Positions 25,623-36,673 of a DNA stretch of 64,000 bases are shown in pieces. The position numbers and the translations under genes are program-made. The stretch covers positions 1,426,001-1,490,000 of the forward strand of contig CM074517.1 in assembly GCA_037379345.1 (NCBI GenBank). Reading direction: 5' to 3'. Numbering within the stretch: position 1 is the first letter of the stretch; each line of letters opens with the position of its first letter. Under the pieces are notes generated by a model, which was given only the letters and a program-made list of their open reading frames with translations, made no database searches and was not told the origin of the DNA. The DNA is from Perna viridis. Taxonomy: Eukaryota.

Positions 25623-25900
25623 AGATAGAATCAACTTGTTTTGGGGTTGTTGGGTCCGAGAATATCTTCCAATGTTGCAGGAACGGCAAAAATGGAACAA
25701 AGTCAAGCGTAACATGAAATGTGGTGATGTCGTTCTAATAGTCGACGCGAACGCTCCTAGGAATTCACGGCCGATGGATATCATTCTAGAGACGGTTCGG
25801 ATAAGGAGGACTTGTTGGCCAAGTGAAAGTCAAAACAGCAACAAACGTTCTAATCAGACCAGTTGATAAACTGTGTTCAATTCTCGAATGTGAATAACTT
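20609..25900 (+). pseudogene. BEL/Pao gag-pol polyprotein (941-aa open segment 20900-23725; rest frameshifted or deleted)
   Basis: Three Cys/His knuckles (CIFCQDSSHAFLKC, CFACLKSGHNKTSC, CSCGKIHPTILH), protease AFLDSGS, RT YLPHHGV..RVVFDC..FYVDD, RNase H LHHFADAS, integrase GVDYFGP/RSDNGTNF and C-terminal FW..W.REYL..LQERQKW. Confidence 0.92.
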
Positions 25901-25925
25901 TACTTACCTGCATTTATTTCTTGTG

Positions 25926-26624
25926 GATTTATTGATAAAGAGTAATCAAGGGAACCAAGGTTATAGCGGTAATCAAATGAATGTAATCCAGGGACAAAGA
26001 CCAGGCATGGAAAACAGACATACACAACAAAGACCAAAAAGTAACTAAAATCATACATACAAAGTAACAAAAGTAAATGAGCAACTCGGACTCCACTAAA
26101 AACTGGGAGCATGGACCAGGTGCACCGGTAGGGTAAGCGTCCTCTGCTTTTCTAGAAACACCCGCCGAGTTGCTCATAAAAAGCCAAGTCCGGGGTAGAC
26201 AAACGAGGAAAGGAAAACTATGACCCGTTGAATAAATCAGTTTTCATGGTGCTGATGGATACACCATAACGATCCACGAGTTCATGATGACGACCATAAA
26301 ACTTCTGTAGTGATGATTTCAATCTTGTAGCAACATAACCCTGTTCCAGAAGCCTATTCGTTAGAGTTCTAGCGCGATACAAAAAGTCTGCGTAGTTTCG
26401 GCAAGCTTTGGCATAACGTATGAGTTGTGATATGAACACTCCATACGCAGGAGCCGAAGGGATGTTGCCACAGATGAAAGGAAAGTTGACAATTCTGAAT
26501 GAAAAGTCATCACGTTTGTCGTAAAGTTTGGTCAATAGCTTTCCTTTATCATCGATTTCTAAGTGTAGGTCAAGATATGAGGCTGACTTCACAGTGTATG
26601 TAGTATCCTTTATCTCAAGTTCTT
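25926..26624 (-). mobile_element. 5'-truncated Penelope-like retroelement (RT C-terminus + structured 3' UTR) inserted in the BEL 3' UTR
   Basis: SASYLDLHL..KLYDKRDDFSF.IVNFP...NIPSAPAYGVFISQLIRY thumb region ending without a C-terminal GIY-YIG. AATAAA at the element's 3' end (about 25928-25933). Confidence 0.85.
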
Positions 26625-26750
26625 ACAAGAAATACTAGTACTTGTATTTTTCATGGTTGATAGTACATTTGTGTGAAATTGTTTATTAATTGATTTATTT
26701 TTGTGTGGTAATTGTTCATGATTTTATCATTCACAATTAAGGTGCTGGGA

Positions 26751-26857
26751 TGTAATGATCATTTATTTTCATTTTTGTGCTGAAAGCCACTTCCAATATT
26801 GCATTACCATAATTTGCGTTTCTTTCCCCACTCCAAGTTTTCCCTCAAGTATGAAGG
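26751..26857 (+). repeat. BEL/Pao 3' LTR remnant (107 bp)
   Basis: Matches the start of the 5' LTR, then switches abruptly into the 478-bp repeat at a shared AGG. Confidence 0.85.
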
Positions 26858-29800
26858 TCTCAGTATCGTATTAATTTTCCCATAGACTTCTATAGTGAAG
26901 TGCATATTTTTAGGATTTTTAAAAAAAATATGTAAATTTATTCAATAAAACTTTCACTTATGTAGCATTTCTAAGGACATGTGAAAAAATAATTTCCCGC
27001 AAAGAAAATAGGGTGAGTCCACGAAGATCGGACAGAAAAGTAGTCTCGAACTATAAATAGCCATTTTCCCTACTTTCACTTTCGTTTTGCACTCACCAAA
27101 CCAACCTTTTCAGTGGAACATTTTTATGATATTATGTTAGATTTTCTTTTAAAAAAGTTCTTCATCTTACAGTGTGATGTTTGCTCTATTTTATAAGTCA
27201 TTGTTCATATCTTTTGACAAAATATTAGTTTGTAGAGGGGCAGAAAGAAAATGCACTATATTTTTATAGCATCCATGTTTTGACGTACACCTGCTCAGGG
27301 ATATGCAATACGATACTGGTACCTATTACTAATAAACATTTCAATATAATCATAAAAGTTGTTGTTTTTCTGCTAGAGTATTCATTTTCATACTGAAAAT
27401 TCAGAACATCATTGCCCTGCTATAAACATGAGTTTTCTATTAAAATTTTTATATAGGTACCCTATTCCAGGCATGAGACTAATATCTCATTGTTAGCCAG
27501 AAAATATTACTTTTGATAAAAGGCTGCTTCATTAGTCAAACTAAGCAAATTTGTGGTTTATTCTGACATGGTAGATACATGAGCTGTACTGTGAGTTCCA
27601 AATCATTATTTAATCCCCACTTGTGACTTCCATATATGGAAATATTAATATTCGAACCTCCGTTTTTGTCTTTAACTCAAGGGAGCCTCTTGTTTAAAGT
27701 AAAGTATAATGACTGGTACAACCAACTGTTTTAAACTATAGATATGGTCATTTCAATTATAATAAATCCAAAAAAAATTATACCAATATCATAGTTTTAA
27801 AAAAATATAGCTTTTCATATGCAGAAAATACAGATTTTAAGCCATTTTGTTACCCCAGGCAGATACAAAAGGACCTCAATATGACAGGAAAAGGACTTTT
27901 TCTTTAAAACAGATAGCTATGATGCAAGAAAAATAGTTTATTGGTATAAATATTATAATAACAACTGTCTGCTTTAGATACTTTTTGAAAAAATTCAGTT
28001 TTTATATGAAAAAACACCTTTATTTTTCTTGCCGCATTAGAATCTGTCCATTTGAACCACTAAAAAAAGTCCACTAAAAAATTGGCTGTTGACTTTTGTG
28101 ACATTTCTGTGTTTAAATCAACCACACAGTTATATGGCAACTCATTTTAGCTATTTATTTGAAAGAAAAACAAAAAATAAAAAAAATATTCATTTTTTCA
28201 TATATAAGAGGCAATGTATGGAAAATGACTACTTTCAAGTCCTAACCACATACTTAAAATGTGTTGTAACTTGAAAACTATCCTTTATGCAGGAGTATTA
28301 CTTGCTTTAGGTTACATGAATATAGATATGCTCATCATAAACAGTCAAGATAATAATTTTATTGAACTGATATTATACAAATTCATGAAAACAAAATGCA
28401 TTTCCAAATTTGGTAAAGATTAACCATAAATGCAAAAAACCAGAGCTACCATAAAAAATCAGGTTCAAAAGTTGGCTAATTCATCTTAAAAGTGTTACCT
28501 GCATTGGGGTACTACTTTTTCAGCTGGTAAAGACCACTTGCTGAATATCCAACTTTACTTGAAAAACTGGCTTACTAGGTCTCAGTATCGTATTAATTTT
28601 CCCATAGACTTCTATAGTGAAGTGCATATTTTTAGGATTTTTTTAAAAATATGTAAATTTATTCAATAAAACTTTCACTTATGTAGCATTTCTAAGGACA
28701 TGTGAAAAAATAATTTCCCGCAAAGAAAATAGGGTGAGTCCACGAAGATCGGACAGAAAAGTAGTCTCGAACTATAAATAGCCATTTTCCCTACTTTCAC
28801 TTTCGTTTTGCACTCACCAAACCAACCTTTTCAGTGGAACATTTTTATGATATTATGTTAGATTTTCTTTTAAAAAGGTTCTTCATCTTACAGTGTGATG
28901 TTTGCTCTATTTTATAAGTCATTGTTCATATCTTTTGACAAAATATTAGTTTGTAGAGGGGCAGAAAGAAAATGCACTATATTTTTATAGCATCCATGTT
29001 TTGACGTACACCTGCTCAGGGATATGCAATACGATACTGGTACCTGAATACTAGGTCTCAGTATCGTATTAATTTTCCCATAGACTTCTATAGTAAAGTG
29101 CATATTTTTATGATTTTTTTTTTAAAATATGTAAATTGATTCAATAAAACTTTCACTTATGTAGCATTTCTAAGGACATGTGAAAAAATAATTTCCCGCA
29201 AAGAAAATAGGGTGAGTCCACGAAGATCGGACAGAAAAGTAGTCTCGAACTATAAATAGCCATTTTCCCTACTTTCACTTTCGTTTTGCACTCACCAAAC
29301 CAACCTTTTCAGTGGAACATTTTTATGATATTATGTTAGATTTTCTTTTAAAAAAGTTCTTCATCTTACAGTGTGATGTTTGCTCTATTTTATAAGTCAT
29401 TGTTCATATCTTTTGACAAAATATTAGTTTGTAGAGGGGCAGAAAGAAAATGCACTATATTTTTATAGCATCCATGTTTTGACGTACACCTGCTCAGGGA
29501 TATGCAATACGATATTGGTACCTGAATACTAGGTCTCAGTATCGTATTAATTTTCCCATAGACTTCTATAATAAAGTGCATATTTTTATGATTTTTTTTT
29601 TTAAATATGTAAATTGATTCAATAAAACTTTCACTTATGTAGCATTTCTAAGGACATGTGAAAAAAATAATTTCCCGCAAAGAAAATAGGGTGAGTCCAC
29701 GAAGATCGGACAGAAAAGTAGTCTTGAACTATAAATAGCCATTGTCCCTTCACTTTCGTTTTGCACTCATCAAACCAACCTTTTCAGTGGAACATTTTTA

Positions 29801-30110
29801 TGATATTATGTTAGATTTTCTTTTTAAAAAGTTCTTCATCTTACAGTGTGATCTTTGCTCTATTTTATAAATCATTGTTCATATCTTTTGACAAAACATT
29901 AGTTTGTAGAGAAGCAAAAAGAAAATGCACTATATTTTAATAGCATCCATGTTTTGACTTACATCATCTCAGGGATATGCAATACAATACTGGTACCTAT
30001 TACTAATAAACATTTCAATATAATCATTAAAGTTGTTGTTTTTCTGCTAGAGTATTCATTTTCATACTGAAATTTCAGAATATCATTTCCCTGCTACAAA
30101 CATGAGTTTT
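26856..30110. repeat. Higher-order tandem array A-B-A-A-A-B' (A about 476-478 bp, B about 1.25 kb)
   Basis: GGTCTCAGTATCGTATTAA at 26856, 28578, 29054 and 29532. The sequence after the first A (CCTATTACTAATAAAC...) recurs after the last A. Confidence 0.92.
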
Positions 30111-32992
30111 GATTTATTAGTTTTGTTAAGAACGTCAGTAATTCATATCCGCCATACTTGAAATGTTCTGTCATTACTCCTAGACAAACTGGGGACTTGC
30201 GATTTTTCATTGAGGAGATTATATCTTGCACCTCAGATTCCAGAAATATTGGTGTGATATCTGTATTATTTTTACATATATCTTCCAGTAGTAGACGATC
30301 AAGTTCGACTCGGGTGTTGTATGAATCATCTGAGCAATCAGGACTATTTGCGTAGCTAAATCTTTGAAATATTCTGCCCACCCCTCACGAATCCCATCAT
30401 TAGTTGTAAGAGTTTGGTCATTCACAATGAGGTAGGTAGTTCCCCTATTTCCATCTTTTCTCTGTTCGCCTATGAGTTTGTAAAAGATAGTTTGATCTCC
30501 CTCATGAGCTGCCATAATATTTTCATATGTTGATCTCTTTTTACTTGCCTCGCGCTGACGTTGTAATTTACGGAGGTTCTTTTGGGCTTCTTTCATGAGT
30601 TTAAAGTGTTCATTAGATGGGTCAACTGGTCTACCATTCTCCTTCCATATCCAGAAGTATAACTTACTCTCTTGACATGCCTGTTTGATGACAGGTGACC
30701 AAGAGCGTTTTTGCTTTATGGCTTTTATATTTGGTTTTGATTTATTTGAAGCTATTGTTAGTATATATATCACACAACTGTAAGATGAGAGAGTTTACAG
30801 ACTCTTCATGATTAATCTACGTTCTAGGTTTTCAATGGAAGTAGAGACGAGTACTTAATATAGTTCAATGTCAACTTTTTCCCAGTTTATTTTATTACTT
30901 TGTATAATTACTTCATCATCCGGTTTAAATATTTCCAGGTTCACCCTTAGGTCACCATAAATAGGATCGTGTTAAGAGGCTCCCTCTCAAGTGTTTGTAG
31001 TTACTAATGATTCCAAGTTTACTTTGAATAAAATAGTCAATTTGAGTCTTACTACTGCCATTTGGATGGAAATAGGTAAAGCATTCTTTGACGCTGGCAG
31101 GTTTACATATTTGCTCATCTTGCATTCATTGAATCAGTAGTTTATCTCTTGTTGTGGGACAATCTCTATTCAGAGATGCATTCATATCTCCCGCAATTGC
31201 AATTATTATTTCACAAGTTGGCCTGTATTTATGTATAATTTCTCTTAACACATCAAGCGAGTCTGCATATTCTAGGTCAGCAGATGCCTTACCCCGACAT
31301 GGCAAATATATACTCCAATAAGAATTATTAGTGTAGGTGTAGCATTTATCTTGACAGTTGCTATGCTTGGAGAACCATCCGGTTTTTCCTCTGTACTTTT
31401 TCTTACGTTATCTCGGTAACAGATGGCAATCCCACCCATGCCCCGTGGACGTTGGAGTGGTGAGATCGGATCCATTTCATCCACACAACTGACAAGACAC
31501 CGAAATCCTGGTAAAAAAGACTGCAGCTCAGATTTTTCAAAGTCATATAACCAGTGTTCTTGAAGGATTAAAATATCAGTGTCACATGGAAGTTTTTCTA
31601 AATATGGGTTACCGGCCCAAAGCCTTCGATGTTATAGGATAAGATCGAGATGTCGTATTCCACGGGATCATTGGATAGATCGGAAATATGCTATGTTGGT
31701 TTAGTAATGATTGTTGTGGAGGCAGCATTAGCTGGTGGACATACGGTGTCCAGAGAGGTTTCATTTGAGGCTGATGACGGGATAAAAAAAATGCTATTGG
31801 TTTGGTACCAGGTACCAGTGTGATATTAGTATTTCCATATCTAGTGTCTATACACTTGGTCAGATGTTTGGATACTTTATAGTTCTTTTCATTTTCTGTA
31901 GGTTCATTACTCTTTTTAGTACCATTGATATCAGAGATATTTTGCTCCTTTCCTCTGTCTCTCCATTGGTACATCTGAGTTCCCATATGAAGTGTGACTC
32001 TGTTCAACACCATGATCAGAGTTAAGTTCAGTACCACTCTGTTCATGCGAGTCAGTTTCATTGGTTGTAGTTTCCAATTCCACGTTCTCAGGGGCTGTTT
32101 GTATTGGGTGTTGTGGGAACATGTTCATATTCACAGGTGATCCGTGTACATGAGGTAGAGGTGTAGAGGTTCAGTAAACATAAACGGCATTGAGAGTTTA
32201 GGAGTTTTGGCTGATCGACTACCGTTTTGTTGTCTCTTTGGTTTATGATTAGTAGCTTGATGTTTTGTTGGATTTTGGAACTTTAGAAATTGTTCTAAGG
32301 AGTCCATTCTACAGATATTCCTGATGTTTTCTAGCTCTAGCCGTCGAATCCTTTGATCTTGTAATAGGAGATGAACATTAGAAGTATCAGATCCACATGA
32401 AGCATTCTGAGTCTTAGGAGTATTTGAGTCAGCAGATCTATCTCCCTTTTCTAGAATGAGTATCTTACTTTTAAGTATTCTATTTGAATCTTCAAGTTCT
32501 TTACACATATTTTCTAGTTGCGCAACATATGCCTTGGAGGTAGCAAGTAATTTCTTAGAAAGCTCAAATTCAGATTCTACCTTTCATGGTTTTATATTGG
32601 TTTGTTTCAAATTCTTACGTAATGCCTCCATTTCAGTTTGATCATTGTTATGAATGACCTGGGTCTTGTCAGTTGTGCTTTTTCTACTTCCACGTTGTGT
32701 GGTACTACCTGCAAATATGCTGGTATTATTTGTTGTAATTTGAGATTTAGTGACTATATCAGTTGAGCCACACGTAACTTGTGACAATAATTTCGGAGAT
32801 GGGATGGTTACATTGACTATTTTTGGTGGTTCCTGGTTCGGGACAAGAGAGTTTATATTCACTTCATTTATTGGGTCTTTGTCAGCAATTGTCCCTATTT
32901 GTAGCCATCTTCTTTTTCTTAGCAATAATCATTTTCAGCTCGGGGAAGTTGAGCTCGGGCTCAGTATACCCAAAATACTGACTTCCATGTTC

Positions 32993-33023
<31 letters not shown>

Positions 33024-33600
33024 TGTGGTGTACGAATTTGGTTTTTATTTTATTTTGTTTTATTTTTTGTGTACTTTTGACGTTCCCGGCGTTGCATATT
33101 TTGTCTGTAAACCAATTCAATTCACCATCGATTTCTACTTCTGTGACGCGGATCTTCATACCCTCAGTAATATTTCAATTAAAAAAAAAATTGCAAAAAG
33201 AGTGGAAGTGTATTTATTAGTCGTACGTAATTTTCATTTCTACCGGCAATGGTTTCTGACTTACCATTTTACTGCAAAAATAACTCAAGTGTAAACGATT
33301 TTGCTTCACTGTTTCATTCGTAATTTTAGCATTCTTCATTCGAGGACAAAGACATCTGATATATTTTGTTGGTAGATTTTTATAACTTGTGCAGATCACG
33401 GGGACTTGGATTCTAGATTTTCTCCGGGTAAAATATCAGGTTTATTATTTTCTACTCTTATGTAAACATTAATATTTTTTAAGACATTTCAAGACATGTG
33501 TTAGTGGTGCATTATGATTAATATCTTTAAAGATTATATGAAAAATCCCATTTTTGCTGCTAGAAATCCAAATACTCAGAAACGGGCGTTCAGAAACGAA
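30111..33600 (-). mobile_element. LINE-C: non-LTR retrotransposon, ORF1 + APE + linker, 3'-truncated at the RT start
   Basis: APE motifs DILILQEHWL, RGMGGIAICY and IGVY. Linker WSPVIKQAC..WKENGRP..FYKLI. Ends at KSP..GV..EHFKYGG. ORF1 coiled-coil fragments at 31.9-33.4 kb. Confidence 0.8.
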
Positions 33601-34138
33601 AAACGAAATTACAATAACCAAGAGCTATCTTCCACTGAAAATTTCTTAAGGCCCTTTTTTACCAAATAGCCCAACAGTTCGAGAGACAGTGGTTACAACA
33701 GATTGGCAAAAAGACTGGGTACTATACATAATACTGATATGCCGGTTTTGACAAGTAATCATGACATGGCGGAAGTGCTTGTCCAAAAAATACTTTGTCA
33801 CACTTTCAATACATTCCTTTGTTTCATCAAAGCAAACTAGTCTGAACATAATCCATTGAGTGTAAGCAACTTGTCCGTACAGGCGCAATATCTATACCAA
33901 CAGACATAAAATAAATCAAAAAGGCTCTCTTTAAATAATAGGGTACATTGATATGATGGTTTTTCGGCCCATCACTCACCTATGGTAAAAACTCTCTACC
34001 ACTGTTGTCTGATTTTATCTGTTTCTATATTCATATGACGTTTAACTTTTACAATGGATCACCTTGGGTCTCACTGATTTTACCCACTTGTATTTGTGAC
34101 CAGTGCCACTGATGGAGATAGATGTAACGAGAATAGGT

Positions 34139-34300
34139 ATGGTGAATATGTCTTGGAGACAAAAACCCCATTTGGATGAATATGTCAGCCCAAGGCCATC
34201 CATTGTTCTTCATTGAACAAGGAAGAGATATGCTTACCCTTCCAAAGCACCTGATTTCACTCCTGTTTGTTGTTTTTAGTGAAAGTTCAGAATGGAAGTT
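34139..34300 (+). repeat. Dispersed repeat fragments (family shared with 54678-54750, plus a decayed PLE 3'-UTR motif)
   Basis: ATGGTGAATATGTC..GAGACAA.AACCCC...CAAGGCCA.CCAT..TCTTCA occurs at both loci. GCTTACCCTTCC.AAGCACCTGA...TTTTTAGTG resembles the PLE UTR at 26.1 kb. Confidence 0.5.
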
Positions 34301-36601
34301 TCTATTTTTTGTGTTTTTTTTCCTTCACTTTTTATGTGTTACTGTATTATATTCTGTTGAGGATGTAAATTGTACCCTGTTTTCATGTGTTGGTGATGTC
34401 TTGGATCCTGATGTCTGAATTGTCCACCTAATATGATGTGCAATTATTTAAACAAATCTGAAAAGCTATTTCATTACATTTGTATAATTGGTCAATGACA
34501 ACAACAATAAATCAAGAGAAATAAGATGATTTATGTTATAGTATTCTGTGGTCTGCATTGTGTATGTAGATTGTGTTTCCTGCTTTCATGTGTTGCCAAT
34601 GTCTTTGGATTCTGATGTCTGTGTATTGTCCTTCTTTTTCGATGCCTCATTATTTCTTTATTTATTATAATTTGTAAACCTTTAAATTACCTTATCATTG
34701 ACATTGAATTTGCATTACTGGTAAATGACAAATAAGATGTTGCAAGGGAGTTAAGTGGGAATGTAAAGTCAACTATTCAAAAGGTAGACATTTATTGACT
34801 GTTATATCTGACTGTGGGATAATATATAAAAAAGTTAACATATTTTGGGATCACTTATTTCAGCATAGAGCATTCAACTTTTGGCATAGAGACAAGAGAA
34901 CTAGGTTAGAGTTATTTTATTGGTATTCTATTATACCAGTGTATTTATATCTACACAAGATTGTACATGTAAAGCACAACAATACACACATGCATACATG
35001 TACATACAGTCTAAAATAGCTCCCTCACAACTCTCAAATCACTGTCAAGCTAAACCAAAAACTGCTAAACCATGTATACTTACAAATGCTGTACAAGCTA
35101 AAACCTTTATGTTATAGGAAATGGATGGAAAATGTATGTGATCATTTTGTTTAAAATTGTTTGTAAAATTAAATAACTTTCTAGAGCTTAAATTGCTTAA
35201 TAAACTTATCAAACAAAACACTTCTGTAAGTACATAAAAATTAATAGAAGAAGTAATTATCACTTAAATATTATCATTAATTTTAAACAACCAACATTCA
35301 ATTAAATTAAATTGTTCTCAGAATTTCATAATGCTGACTATAGGTCCCAAAACCTCCTTGGAAAAACATTTATTGTACAAAATAAGTTGTAACAGGAGCA
35401 TATGAGATAAATCCTTATGATTTTTTTTTCATTTAAAAAAAAAATATACATATTTCTTTCCTTTCTTGGCATACAACCATTAGAGCACTTAGAGCTTGTT
35501 TAAAGTATAACAACCACATCTTGCAGTATATGATAAGACTCCACCTTACACACTTATAAAATTACCATTAAAATCGACCATGCTAAGTACATGAAACTTC
35601 CACAACATTCATACAAAACTTTCTAGTTCCATCTTGACACAAACAAATACAACATATACACTTCATTACCAATAAAAAGTGTTTCTTAAGTACAATAAAG
35701 TATAAAACAGATCACATCATCAAAGTTTAAAATCATCTGGACTTACAATATGCCTTGTGCCAAGAGGAGATCACTGCAATAAGATCATTTACCAAGAGAA
35801 TATAATAAAGTGTGGTGAAAACAAACTTTTTTTACATTGACAAAATCAGTGACAAGAATATAGTTGATTATTGATGGGCTCATCCATAACCTTCAGCTTG
35901 GCTTATCTTTATGTCAATTTATTGTCACTATCATTTACAATAACCTATAAATTACTTAAAAAATACATTTTATCATTATTAGTCATGATTAAGTCATGCT
36001 AAACTTTTATGTAATATATTTCTAAGGTCTATGATAGTAGTGATTGTAATCTTAAGAGAAAATAATGTTATCTTTCTGTCAAAGAGCACCTTCAAAACAT
36101 CACCTAAAGAGAAAGACCTTGTGTATATGAAGAATCTAAGACACTTTAAAGTTAATAGTTCTACTGGACTATAGAGTGCGGTATAATACTGAGGATATAC
36201 TTATTGGAAGTCAAAGTTCATGTGCATATATTAACTTAAATAATAATATCCAACACTAATATCAACAAAAGGTCAAAGCCTTCAATATTTTGATAAAAAC
36301 ACAGGACTAGCATCGATATACACGTATACAAGAAATAAATACATAGTCTGTCCTATTTGTTCACTCAACCAATTAAAATTACTGTTACATTTGATCAAGC
36401 ACACACAGATCACAGTCAGTGATGTGAGCAACTTCTGTCCAATCAAATAGCGCAACACATCATGGCAACATAACCACATGGCTTTAGCTAACCAATCAAA
36501 ATGAATTGTCTGAGGTTTGTGGAAAGGCTTGGAAGTTTGATCACATTTAATTTGAATAAAATGACTGGAAATGTTATTAACCTAAGTTTGATTTAAAACA
36601 T

Positions 36602-36673
36602 TCATGTTTCTCCCATCTTCTTCTCAGATTCCTTTTGTTGATTTCTCTTGATGTATAAATTCAATAACTTTAC
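36602..36673 (-). CDS. CLASP: CLASP last coding exon (VKLLNLYIKRNQQKESEKKMGET*)
   Basis: CAG acceptor; 72 nt to TGA; conserved CLASP C-terminus. Confidence 0.93.
   Translation of the reverse strand, partial: VKLLNLYIKRNQQKESEKKMGET

Larger units (their letters stand above)
19771..26857 (+). mobile_element. BEL/Pao LTR retrotransposon, decayed, with truncated 3' LTR
   Basis: Gag-PR-RT-RH-IN domain order with BEL-type motifs. The LTR start is duplicated at 19771 and 26751, with a PPT-like AAGGTGCTGGGA before the 3' LTR. Confidence 0.92.

Noticed and set aside
25926-26217. SECIS or hammerhead ribozyme in the PLE 3' UTR
   Set aside because: The AUGA..AA..GA spacing and the hammerhead core could not be identified by eye.
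36360-36500. Three CCAAT boxes plus an RFX-like CATGGCAAC in the CLASP 3' UTR
   Set aside because: Short motifs only, with no downstream gene; could be a repeat remnant.
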